From Pseudovirgaria hyperparasitica (Eukaryota), in NCBI GenBank assembly GCA_010093815.1, contig ML996584.1: 64,000 nt of DNA, one strand, 5' to 3'. Both the position numbers and the translations under genes were made by a program. The notes beneath the pieces are model-generated. The model made no database searches. It was not told where the DNA came from and worked only from the letters and a program-made list of their open reading frames with translations. Positions 39,733-52,055 of the stretch are shown here, in pieces. Each line of letters begins with the position of its first letter. Within the stretch, counting starts at the first letter, position 1.

Positions 39733-40283
39733 TCTTTTGCTTTTTGTGCTTAAGTTTTAAGTGTTTGCCGAAAGCAAGCTTTTGCGTCGTTAAGGTCGTT
39801 ATGTGTGTCATTAGGACGTGGCTGTGAAAGGAACGCGTCGCATTCTGGTGTTCTTGTGGTACACGCTAATGATACTAGCTTCGCGCTAGCGAGAATTTAT
39901 GCCTGCCATTCAGTCTCTCGTCATCTTATTCACTGATGAGGCACGAATATCAGTCGCCCGGAGCAGCAGTGCCGCAGACCTTGCTGTGTAACAACAGTAA
40001 GGTGCCAGCCGTGGCGTGTAAGTACTTACATCTTTGATTTAGTATCAAACACAACAAGTCTCCCAAGGTCAGTCCGGAGCCTAGGACCTTGGAAGCTTCT
40101 CTTCGCTCGCACTTTCGACACACTTGACTGGAATACTAAGTCTCAGTGACGTCACCTGCTCTGAGTCCGTGTTTACATGCCTAGATAGGAGCGCATGCCC
40201 GTAATAGGCCAAACGACGAGCACACAAGCCCTACTTTTAGAACAAAATTTGACCTGAGTTCCCGACCACAGACTATCGAAGCT

Positions 40284-40510
40284 ATGGCAAGGCGTTCATC
40301 AAGCGTATATTTCAGCCCTTACATCATGAGATCAGCTGCTAACCAGCGCTGTAGTGTACTCCTGCACGTCACAGGATTCATCATTCGCGTGGCAGTGTTT
40401 ATCACAATCGGTTACGGCGCAAACGTACTGATTGACAGTGGACTGGATCTTTTGAATTGTATCCTGGGTGTCCTATATGCGTGGTACACTATCGACAAGA
40501 ATGACTTTAC
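40284..40510 (+). pseudogene. Degenerate PMP3/UPF0057 plasma-membrane proteolipid-like sequence
   Basis: VLLHVTGFIIRVAVFITIGYGANVLIDSGLDLLNCILGVLYAWYTI resembles the PMP3 pattern (LPPVAVF..RGCG.D..IN..L..LGWIPG..HAWY) but has lost the PP, GC, PG and H residues. Removing the intron-like segment 40305-40354 would shift the frame. Confidence 0.55.
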
Positions 40511-43500
40511 GAACTATTACTTGTGTGCAGACGTTATGGTTCGGAAGGGCTCAGAAGTCCTATACCAGTCCCCTGATTGGTCTCGATACATCACGCTCTT
40601 CGTATTCATTCGTGGTCTTCACCGCCAACAGCCCTACAACGTTGTCGGATAACGTTTCTGTCGTCATCTTAGTGTGAGATTATCATTCACATGCCCAGGG
40701 CTCGTTCCCCCCACGCTTCAGTAGATGCCAGTACGTCACGAGAGGCGAGCCATCATTCGTACAACTAAGTACAAAGGTACTCTAATCCCATTTGCAGGCT
40801 GAGCTGTCGTATACGTGTCACATTGCATGCTTACTCGCTGTATGTACGGGCCCATAGTGACGCCTTCGAGTACCTTACATTCTCGATGCGACACTCCAAT
40901 GGAGAAAGATTACCAAAGCAATAAGAAAGAAAGAGTGACACGTTTGGCACCGGCAACTCCGCGTGCATAGTCTTACCTTACCTACACAGGGGGATAATCC
41001 AAGAATTCGAGCTTACGAGGAATGCCTAGTATGTAGACTTTGGGTGATAAGTACCTCTCGAACGCTGCAGTATGTGTGTCAGTAGAGCCTCGCCGTCGCA
41101 CAAGGCCTACAAATCTTGAAACAGTATGGCACGTGCTGGAAAGTGTCTATTACCACCTAGTCTTCTAGCACATTTTGAGAATCTCTAGCATATCGTGATG
41201 TTCTCTGATCAAGGCAAATGGTGAGCTCGGCCCTGTGCTTGAGGTGTGTTACTTGCCAACCCATTTTCCAACCCTGATGACTTGCCATCTTCTCTTGGAT
41301 ATACGCAGCAGCCTGGATGAGCCCGATTGCACTTGCCGCTTTCCGGCAGAAAATTTCTGCGTTGTCAATTACAGGTCTCCTTCGACGCAATCAGACTAGG
41401 CTGACTGATCCATCTATGAAGTGGGGGGGGTTCAGCCAGGGTGCCGAGCGGTCCGTGAGATTGTGCTACATCTTATATTGTTCACATTCCTCTACCTTCC
41501 TCAAAGCATCTCTCGCGTTCTTTGTACAATTGAACTTCTTACTCTGATCTAGTCGCCCAGGCCAACCATACCGACGCTGGTAAACCGAGGACTTCCTCGG
41601 ACGAAGATGGTGTACACTGCACTAGGAGTCTTGTTACCATGAAGGTGTTGTACAACACAATTCTGTATAGTGAACTATTCATACCGGCTGCGGAGTTGCC
41701 GTACTCGCCTTCAACGACGACTCAGTCCAAGGATGAATAATATTCGGGAATGCAATAATATGAAGAGCCTGTTCGGACCAACTGGATTCATACAGAGCAG
41801 CGACAGTGGTGATATGTATGCCTACGTGAGAGTTTTATTCTTCATGTCGGGCCGGCAAGTTTGAGGACTGCTTCCAGGACCGACGGACTGGATCAGATAT
41901 ACCCCAATGCCCATATCCTACGTCCATACAATACATATGGTCACGCGCATTGTTAGTGCTATTCAGGCACTCCTCGGTCCGACCCTGTCTGTGATCGACG
42001 GTCCAAACCTGATGTAAACACACTGTGCACACCATAGTGCTCCGACCGTAGGTAGCTCGGTCCATACTTAGAAAGCGAAAGACTGCCACGATAAGAGCAC
42101 GTAGCAATGGTGCCATCGACTTTCTCGACCCATGTTCGTTGGTTCTTTGTGTAACATCTCAATTGTATAGGCAATTGCACTTCCACGCTAAGGACATATC
42201 GCCTCATGATCACTCGTATCTGCCCTGACTATGGGAATGTCCGAGGCCGCCACCGAAACCCTTTGAGATGGCTTCACAGCTTTTGTTAAACCATACCGCT
42301 AGGCACACCATGGTCAATGCCACCCTCCATGCCACCTCTCACACGAGGCCGACACGACAAGAGTCAGCCTACGAACAATGTTACCCGATTCGACTTCGCA
42401 AGTTGCTTACAAGGTAGCTATGGCAAATTTATAAAGGACTCCATTTGTCCTGAATTCTCAATACAATCGCACCCAATATCTGACAGGTCAATCAGTTTTA
42501 CATCTCCAAATTCAGTTGCCTCTCTTACAAGCCGCCATGAATTCTCCACCTATGATTCAACCAATCGCTCCACTTCCTTTCAGTCCGCAAAATGTTCAGT
42601 GTCCGATTTACGAAAGGCCTTCTTGCCAGCAACTAGATTGCATAAATGGAAACGTGCCCCATAGTTGTCCGGATTGCGCAGGTCATTCAGGGTGAGTTCA
42701 AATGTTATTCTTGACGTCATAGAGCCCAGGGGTCTCCCTAGTCCTAACATCGAATAAGGCGCCACGGACACAATTGCATCACCTGTGGGGGTACTGGCAT
42801 TATCTTGGTACCTTGTTCGAGTTGTTCAGGTCGTGGATAAACTTTGCTTGCTATACCGTCATCTTCACACAAACTGTCTTTTCCAAGAACCTTGTCGTTA
42901 TTTCCATGTCGTATACCTTCTTTTGTCACGCATCTGAGCCCAAGAATTCGTAAGGCGCAGTTGGGTCTCGGTTTCTCAATAACTCATATCCTTACGAGAT
43001 TAAGAAGAATCAATATCCTGCCGAGTTGTCATTTTTCTTGGGATCATGACATATCTAGTTATTGTAGACCAGTTTTGACTGCATTGTTTCCGATGATCTC
43101 TACGGGTGTCTCATTTGGCCAAAGATAGATTTTCTTCAACAGTCTTGCACTGGATAATATGATTAGTCTATAACTTATAGCTCAGTTTAAGTCGACCTGT
43201 CAGGATATTATCTGGTGATTATGTTGTGGCTTAATCGCACGTTGCGCAACTGGCGAACGGACGTTGCAACGTCCCTGAGCCGCGGGAACCTTTAGTGCTT
43301 GCTATTTCCATTACCGTGATGGTGGGATTCCACAGCCTCGGTCTCGGCATCTCATCTACCAATTGATGTCCTCGTTTGCTGGCTGTCATCTAGGATGGTC
43401 ATAAAACTGGGCTTATCTGTCATCACCCACTTTCGAAGCTTCTGTGGAATAGCTGAAATTCACTCCAGGCACCCGCCATGTTATATCTTTATACTCGAGG

Positions 43501-44507
43501 ATAGGATTCCAGAGCTATATAACAGGAAACAACGTGATTTGACTTGTATACCAACTTGAATGAAGCAAGAACCATTCGACCTTACATACAGCCTAGTTCT
43601 ATTGCTGGTAGCCCCTGCATCTGTACCATATTGACCTAAAGAAATCTCAGTCCGGATGCTGACCGCCGTAGGACGATTTCTTTGCTACGAACAATGTCAA
43701 TCCGGAGGTCAATCCGGTCGCGCCGATATGAGCAACTGACTTTGTGTGTGTTGTGATATTGCGGTTGATCTTCAGCCAGGGGATTCTGTTCTTTGCGAAG
43801 TATCGGTGTGCGGCTGCCAGGTTTTCTCGTGCAAGGTGTTACAAATCAAAGCGGTAAGTAGAACATCACGACCGTCGCACAGTTTCAGTAATGGATAGGC
43901 CGGCACATCCCGGAGGCTCGTATCCTGTCCTACTCCTACGTGGCAGTTGATAATGTTCTCTTCTTTCTTCGGTCCGACTAACATTCGATTTCCCTATACT
44001 ACAAGCTTGATATATGTCTCATTTTAGGGGGCCCTCACACTCGGCCGAGACACCTAGAGAAAGTCAGTCATGTAATGTACAGGTTATATGGACATTCGAT
44101 GTCATGCTCATGCTACTAACTCCGTCACCGAATAAGCTTGCTGTCACTTTTGTATCAGACCATAGCTCTCTCGACCAATTAGTTACTATCGCAGCTTGGA
44201 CGCTGGGTATACATAGTCTTTCTGCGACGAAAATGGCTAGGAGGGTCCAATGATGCATGTAAGCACAAAGCGAGAAAGTTACTGGCCAAAAAGGGGTTAA
44301 ATTGCTATGAATAGGAGCCAGAGGTGGCTTGTATCTAAGCGAAAGTATGGAAGCCCTACACAGGCGCTCATCAAATTGTTTGGAGATGGAGACAGGTTAG
44401 AAATTTTAACCGATAGAAGCACTGTCGAACAGAGGACGTCTCCCCATGCGCTGTTCCCAAGGAAGGAAGCACAGTCCGAAGCCTTCTTAGGACCGGTGAT
44501 TCATTTT

Positions 44508-45182
44508 CTAGATGGCAGAAGCGACAGTCATCTATTCACCATCAGTCAAGGAGGAGCGAAATAGTAGGTTCTAGGCGGAAAATGACTTACCACACCCTCG
44601 TTCACAAGGGAAATGACCGCACCGTTGGCCACGAGCCAAGCCTTCTTCTCAGCGTCAGAGACCTCGAGGCTCTTGAACTCCTCGTGGAGAGATTTGAAGG
44701 AATCGACGCTATCCGCAGTGATCTCAAGAGTGGTACCGTCAGAGACGAATCCGAAGACGTTAGGCTCGACGGAAGAAGTGCAGGTCTCTGCATCCTCAGC
44801 AGAACGAGCAGCACGCTTGGAGCCGGAACTCCAGAAACCCCCGGTAAGGCCAGAGCCGCCAGCAACACAGCAAAAGGTTCCAGCACCACCAGCACCCTAG
44901 CTGCCGTCAGTTCACCTTTCCATAAACGTGTTATGTACTTACACAAGCCTGGCTCGCACAGCCACCACCAGAGAACATACGGGCAAAGTCGGTACTGCTC
45001 GCCTTGGAGATTCCTACACCGAAGGCCGTATTGGCACCAACAGTGCAGCAGACTTGTGCCGCGACACCGTAGCAGCCAGCAAACTCAGAGTCGTTGCAGC
45101 TGGCTCGGGCATAGAAGCGAACGTCATTGGCTAGTGTGAACGACACCAGAGCGGCCTGGATGGCAAGGATGTTGAAGAGCAT
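44508..45182 (-). CDS. Small secreted cysteine-rich protein (189 aa), effector/toxin-like, with internal KR site
   Basis: Exons 45182-44943, 44896-44591 and 44531-44508, with GTAAGT donors. Signal peptide MLFNILAIQAALVSFTLA, an 8-Cys Gly-rich domain, SKR, then an acidic C-terminal domain. Confidence 0.85.
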
Positions 45183-47149
45183 AATTGCGGTAGTGGCTTG
45201 GGGATCTGGATTAGAGATTGAATTGATGCTGATGCTGTAGATTGCTGCTGCTGATGATGTGCTTTCAAGAGATATGACGAACCTTTTATAAGTCTCTGAG
45301 TCTCTATGAAGTTGAGCACGCCTGCAAAATGCAAATGGAGCAGGGGCCATCTAGACATGGGGAAGATATTCTCACAGTACTCGATTATGATTATGTGGTC
45401 TTACATACATAGACCCCTCACATTGGTTTGATGCTGGACCGGTCATGGATGGCTACCGTGAGTTGGCCGAGCTGCAGCTTGCTTACAGATTGGTGAGATG
45501 TTTACTCTGATGTACCAGTGCTGTTCCCCGCCTGACTTGGTCTTTACATCTTTGTTCGTCTTAGTTGAAAGATCCATGCAAAGTATAGATCAACGTCTCC
45601 GGGGGTACTTGGAATCATCGTCAGAACCATCGTTGACATGTGAGTCCGCGTTGTCCATTCTTGAGTCTTTGTGCGGAATTCGTACAATTGTACCATTGGA
45701 TCATAACAGTTACAATGTTCTGCGTCGGACTTTGACTATGACGCTCCTTGTGGACTCGGAGAATCCTTTACAATATCCACATAAACAATACATATTCAAG
45801 CCTTGGCAAGACTTGGTAAGTATGCGTGATACTGTAAAGGTTATACCATTAGAGCTTGCAGGTACTAACCCTGAAAGCGAGCCTTGCAAACAGATGGTTC
45901 TTCAACATGTACTATGTCGTGCAACATCGAAACATGCAAGACAGTCTGTCGTCTGATGACCAGAACATAGGCGACTTCCCGGTCTAGCTCTAGAATACAT
46001 CGTGCTGACTAGTGCACATCTCAGCAATGAGGAGAAGAGATTTTGAGCGTTGTAAGCCTCTTCAAGTACCCTATTGTTCATCTCAATGTATCTCCTTCCC
46101 TGTGTGACTATTCAATTGCTCAGGCGACGGTAAGCTAGTGAGACTGATGTATCATATGACTCAAGATTTTCACTGATCATGCGGCTGTAGTACGAGATCT
46201 TGCTCAGCTGGAATGATACAAGATCAATTATAAGATATTTCTCCTCATTTGAGTAAGCATCTGGAGAGGAACCCATAGGGGAATGATTATCAGAGCAGCT
46301 TATATCCTTGCGACATGCTGGCAAAGGACGCAGATGTAGACAATCATAATGGTTACCGCCTGAGTGGGCGATACCAATGTATTTCAACAGCAACCTTGTA
46401 TATCGGTAGATATTTGTCACCATGCAGAGGCTCCGCGCGGGATGAAGACGCTATAGCCGTGTCCAGACTTCTTTGTTGACAGACCTTCCATTGCATAAGT
46501 CAGGCCATATGCATATCGAAGATTTCAGCCTTAGACTGGGCAGAGGATGAACTAGAATCTTACGACATGCCGGCTGTGGCTTAAGTCAAGACACTGAGGC
46601 AGGCTTTGAATTCGTATAGCACGGCCCGTACCGTAGGTGCTTAGCCACAGCATATTTCCATCCGGACCTCCTTTTCAGCGTCTACCAAGACAGTGCCTCT
46701 CCAATATAACGTTCTACTTAGCAAAATAATAGAGTGTTTAACAAAGGCCACCCCCTCATTGCGGCTGATGGGCAAGAACCTGGCGAACCTGTCGTCCGGG
46801 ACAAGGATCCCAAATTCTTTGTCAAAATCGGCTGAGTTTGCATGACTCAGTTCGATTAGCCGTGAATCCATGCTAGCTTTCACACCCATGCGTCTTCATT
46901 CCCCCCACAGCTTTAGCGATGCTGACGGTCTGCAGGCTCACTCCCCGCACAAGACGTCGCTTCAGCGAGAACTTACGAATGAAGAATGTACCCAATGAAA
47001 CAATTCTTGGCTGTCTAGGGCTTATAGTAATGCGTAGGAAAGGACGACTAGTATTTAACTATTGATGCTTGGGCCGTATGACATGACCGTCTCATCGGGT
47101 GGAGCACATAAATTTTGTGACATGCATAGAGCTAGAACTCCGGTTATAC

Positions 47150-48230
47150 ATCGTCCTAATTCAATCTCACGAATCACTGGAAGATTCTCGTGCCATATGG
47201 AGCTAACAAATCGTCCACGTTCTGAGACCAGTGGGTCAGAATCACACGGTCACTGGTATGAAACCCTGTAGTGAAGCAGGCTCGATACGAAAATCGCATA
47301 TACAGAGAGTTGCAGAGGATTGATCGGTGTGGGCATGCAGCACATGGATATAAGCAAATTGACAGTAGCACAGGCTGTGAATGTGATTGATGACACAGAA
47401 GAAAAGTCGAAAGGATTCTCCGGCTTACTAGAGTTTTGCAGGAATCCAACCAATTAACACTGAGAGACTGAAATGTCTCACCGTTTTGGGTTATTGCTAC
47501 CACGGTAGCACAAATCGACGAACGGAAATGCCAACGGCGTGGCGTCCTTCGCGGAGGATATAAGAAAGAGTTCAGGTTTCTATGCAGGTCGTGGATGTAA
47601 CTCGACGTGATTTCGAGACTTACGTCTGTACATAACGACGAGTCCGATGACACCACTCATGAACATCGGAGCACAGACAGATCTATCTGGGCTGCGCAAG
47701 TACCCTGTTTTCGATGATAGAGCATGTGACAAATCTGGTTAGGCGGTTCAGATGGCCGTGTACTGATGGCAGATTGCTAAACAATATATCGTACGGTGTA
47801 GAGCTTAAAGAACGTTTAGGCAGTTGCGTGCCACCTGATTATTTTGGCGATTTTGAAGATTTATCATATTGCAGTTACAAGATACCATGAGCGCAGCTGA
47901 AGCGTACAGATATGTGACATCGTTGCACTTTGCACCAAGCAGTGCCTGATGTACCCCTGCCGATATCAGACGAATTACCTCGAAAGGTATTGAAGCAGCT
48001 GGCATGCGTTCCGTTTCAGTCGTGGCCTGTGATAGTGCACATCTGTCTACTGATGGCAGCACGGTCCGAGGCGGTTAGCGAAGACGATCTAAATTGGGTA
48101 CTCAAACGATAGAGAGATATGTCAAAGCGATTGAAGATCAGCATTATTGACCCTTGTGAGGAGATAGTCAAGAAAGCGTGGATATGAGAGGATGCATACG
48201 CCGCTGAGGCGCGACTCGGCTCAAAGCGCA
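47150..48230 (+). pseudogene. Pseudogene of an Acr-2-like Zn2Cys6 transcription factor (Fungal_trans_2-type domain); boundaries approximate
   Basis: Collinear fragments FRFLCRSWM*LDVISRLTS, LGCASTLFSMIEHVTNLVRR, ELKERL, AAEAYRY, LHQAVPDVP, VHICLLMAARSEAVSEDDLNWVLKR*RDMSKRLKI and KKAWI*EDAY. Stops at 47598, 48110 and 48185, plus frameshifts. Confidence 0.75.
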
Positions 48231-49940
48231 ACTCTGAAACGGGCACTCTCTCATGACGTCGTGGATGCGGATGGGTTATGGAGCAAAAGAAAGGCAAGAG
48301 GAGAGGCCTACGAGTGGTCCAAGTTCTCAATAAGATATGGATACGAGCGGCGCAGCTCTGAAATCGTGCTTGACGTGAGTACGTGGTCAGCAGGCATTTG
48401 CACTGGCTAAGGGTGATGAAGGATTGTGGGTGGGGAGGTAAGAATTGCTGAAAGTGTGGCTTGGTTCACTGCTGAAGAGACAGTACTTCTTGGATGATAA
48501 AATTCTCTATTGCGTCTATATCGCCTCTCCCCTCTAGATTCTCGGTAGATTTCTTGGCATGGAATTCTGGATGATTAGCTTGTAACAGGCTAATAGACGT
48601 TAAATCGATCTCCGGCTGACGCCCCTATTTCGGTATAGAGCAATCAGATCTGCATCTAGCGATAGCATGTTTAGACGATATCAGCCACAAGGCCGGGATC
48701 TACCGCCAGGATCGAACGTGTATGCAAATCCGAGGCTCGTCCAAGATCAACCCCGCAGTAGGGGACTGATGGTGATGCATTCGCATGGAGGTAGTGGCGA
48801 TGGTTTAGAGTAGCGTGGCATGTGGCAACACGAGTTTGTGAATCAGGGAATCGGACATGTTGACGCACCCTGCCTGTTAGAGTGACTATTGACAAGTATG
48901 AGGATGAAATACCTGGTCAACAGGGTTCCAGAAGCAGAAAACGAGGGCGCACAGACATCTCCAATACGATGGAACGTCTCCACAAGAAGGCCTCAAGGGA
49001 TGAGGTGTCGAGTGGTGCCGAGCGGTGCAGTATAGTTAGTCGTTGTACTGGTGCATGATGGATTGACTATTTGTGTATAGCAGTACACAGAGAGGGTACT
49101 TGATAGTGCTAGATATAGTCTATGTATTAGTCTATGTACGCAATTAGTCCCTACACATAATAATAACAGCGGTCGCGTCGAGAAGCCATAATTTAAAGGG
49201 CGAAGAAAGTCTACAACCAATCACGGGCCGGCAGACGTAAACACGTGCCGGAGTTGACGGCCGAGGCCGAGGGATGTGGACAGGGATGGAGTCGACGGCG
49301 ATGGCGCTGCCATTGAATCCTAAATTGCTCTAAAGGGACGTTAATATCCTAAACGGGCATAGCGTAGGATCTGTCATTCGACTTCGCATACGAACGCTAA
49401 CGTTCCAGGTGTTTGAAGTGACAACAGTATCGTTAGACGCAATGACAGCAGTAACAGTATCTACCTAGGCAGTAGCAATAGCAGTAGAGCCAGCTACTGT
49501 AGTGGCAGCATCATCGTTAGCAGGTACAGTACTATGTACATACGCCGACTTCAAGTGAAAGTTGCTGAGGGCCTCAGCAGTTACATTCCACTGCTTGGAA
49601 GCTGAGCCTCATTGACAATAAAGAAACTTAGAACGAAACTTTACCATCTATCATCCTCAAAAGTCAAAATATAGACCTCAAACTTGGGAATGACCGTATA
49701 CTATGAGCGTCCTAAAGGAGGTACTGTCGATCACTCCGATCGACGCACTGTGCACTTTACAGACATGGCTCACATGGGCCGAAACATCCACGAGCGAAAC
49801 CACTAACTCTTAGTTACCGGCTACGCATACCAACGTATTACAGCAGTACGCCTCTGCCAGGAGAATATAAACTCTCCATGGCGCCGGTCTGCAACTTGCT
49901 TCCTCCGACGCCCCACGATTGATCTCGAACTGTCGTCGAG

Positions 49941-51854
49941 ATGTGGTCCTCAGCTGTCGTTTCCCTTCTGCTCGCCTTCACCTCCATCGTGGGAGCTGCT
50001 CCAGCTCCAAATGTCGACTCCGACTACGAGTACATCATCGTCGGCAGCGGTGCCGGTGGTGGCCCGCTTGCCAGCCGTCTTGCCAGAGCTGGCAAGAAGA
50101 CTTTATTGATTGAAGCCGGTGACGACCAGATTGGAAACGACAACACAACTGTTCCCGCCTTCCAGGCTATTGTTACCCAGGACCCGAAGATGCGATGGGA
50201 CTTCTTCGTCAACCACTATCAAGATCTCGAACGCGCCAAGCAAGACCCCAAGTTCGCATACGATATCGGAAATGGCCAGCAGTACGTTGGCCTCACGCCG
50301 CCTCCAGGCGCAAAGCCGCTAGGTATCCTCTATCCCAGGTCCCAGATGCTTGGTGGTTGCGTTACCCATAACGCATTGATATGGATTACTGCCCATGATA
50401 GTGATTGGAACTACATCTCTACCATCACTGGCGATGATACCTGGGCTGCATCCAATATGGGACAGTACCTGGATAAGGTCTACGAATGGCAGTCTATATC
50501 TTCTACCGACCCAACAATCCTTCTCCGGGACTTCCAGCTTACCCAGCATTTAGCAGCCGGAGCTGCTGTAATGGGTGCTGGACCAAAACCCTTGGATGGC
50601 CTCGTTGGTGTTCTGGGGACCCTCCTTACTGACCCCAATGGCCGCGTCCCTGGTCGTGACTCTAAAGAAGGCTTGTTTCAGATCCCCCTTATTACCTCGG
50701 GCGGCGCTCGCAAGAGTGTACGAGAACACATCCTCGAGACCGTCGATGAGGGTTACCCCCTGACTATTCGTCGCAACACTTTCGTTACCAAGGTAGACTT
50801 TGATTCCAGCTCCCCACCAAAGGCCACCGGCGTATCCTACCTTCAAGGCGCCAACCTGTACAAAGCCAGTCCCCTTAGTGGCGGTCAAGGTACCCCGGGC
50901 TCCGTCAAAGCTTCCAAAGAAGTCATTCTCTCCGGCGGCTCCTATAACACCGTGCAACTCCTCAAACTCTCCGGCGTTGGTCCCGCCGCCGAACTCCAAA
51001 AATTCAACATCCCAGTCCTCTCTGATCTTCCCGGGCTCGGCAAGAACATGCAAGACCGCTATGAGATCCCAATCACGGCTGCGCACGAGACCGACTTTCC
51101 TCTGCTCAAGGGCTGCACCTTTGACATGAAAGACCACGACGAATGCTACAAGGAGTGGAAGAATAACCCTAATATTCTGTCTGCCCGCGGCGCATACGCC
51201 ACAAACGGCCTCGCCGCAACCATGTCCGTCCACTCCGACTTCGCCGACACGTCTGACATCGACCTGTACATCTTCGGCTCGCCGACAAACTTCACGGGCT
51301 ACTTCCCCGGCTGGGGTGATGACGCGGTGCGCACACACAACAACTTCGCCTGGTACGCGCTCAAGGCACACACGCGCAACACAGCCGGCACCGTCGAGCT
51401 ACGCTCCACCAACCCGCTCGACACGCCCATCATCAACTTCAACTACTTCGACACCGGCACCACGACTGATGGCGCCGACAAGAAGGATCTCAGCACGCTC
51501 GTGCAGGCGCTCAAGATGGGCCGCGACGCGTTTGACCGCTACCGCAACGAGTATCCCTTCTTCGGCGGCAGCAAGTTCACGGAGCAGTATCCGGGCCCGG
51601 AAGTGCAGACGGACGAGCAGCTCGAGACGTATGTGAAGAATCGTGCCTGGGGCCACCATGCGTCGTGCACGGCGCCGATTGGTGCGGATGACGACCCGAA
51701 TGCGGTGCTGGATAGCAAATTCAAGGTGCGTGGTGTGCAGGGACTGCGGGTTGTGGATGCCAGTGTGTTTCCGAAGATCCCGGGCGTCTTTATTCAGAGC
51801 CCTATCATGGTTGTCTCTGAGAAGGCGGCGGATACGATTCTGAGTGGGCATTAG
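49941..51854 (+). CDS. Secreted GMC oxidoreductase (AA3-like flavoprotein)
   Basis: Signal peptide, FAD motif IIVGSGAGGG, LLIEAG, LGGCVTHN, LLKLSGVGP and LRVVDASVFP. Intronless, 637 aa. Confidence 0.93.
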   Translation: MWSSAVVSLLLAFTSIVGAAPAPNVDSDYEYIIVGSGAGGGPLASRLARAGKKTLLIEAGDDQIGNDNTTVPAFQAIVTQDPKMRWDFFVNHYQDLERAKQDPKFAYDIGNGQQYVGLTPPPGAKPLGILYPRSQMLGGCVTHNALIWITAHDSDWNYISTITGDDTWAASNMGQYLDKVYEWQSISSTDPTILLRDFQLTQHLAAGAAVMGAGPKPLDGLVGVLGTLLTDPNGRVPGRDSKEGLFQIPLITSGGARKSVREHILETVDEGYPLTIRRNTFVTKVDFDSSSPPKATGVSYLQGANLYKASPLSGGQGTPGSVKASKEVILSGGSYNTVQLLKLSGVGPAAELQKFNIPVLSDLPGLGKNMQDRYEIPITAAHETDFPLLKGCTFDMKDHDECYKEWKNNPNILSARGAYATNGLAATMSVHSDFADTSDIDLYIFGSPTNFTGYFPGWGDDAVRTHNNFAWYALKAHTRNTAGTVELRSTNPLDTPIINFNYFDTGTTTDGADKKDLSTLVQALKMGRDAFDRYRNEYPFFGGSKFTEQYPGPEVQTDEQLETYVKNRAWGHHASCTAPIGADDDPNAVLDSKFKVRGVQGLRVVDASVFPKIPGVFIQSPIMVVSEKAADTILSGH

Positions 51855-52055
51855 ATTGAGATATAATGGGGGGATATATTCAGTGGTGCTAAGTGACGTA
51901 AACGGAAGAAGGGTAATGTATATATGACGCGTAATAGCGGTGGACATGGTATATATATATATATAAACGACTCACGAAGAAGTCTCCTACTAGTCAGGGG
52001 TCGTGTGAAAGAACAATACAAAAACATAATTCAACAATCCTCGCCCAGTCACCGC

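Noticed and set aside
41157..41520. LIQAAAYIQEK, resembling the NB-ARC LPLAIxQAAAYI motif (possible NLR relic)
   Set aside because: Single short motif with no P-loop or repeat domain nearby; needs BLASTX.
50550..51947. Long antisense ORFs over the GMC gene (and alternative-frame ORFs over other GC-rich genes)
   Set aside because: Shadow ORFs caused by codon bias in the real genes.
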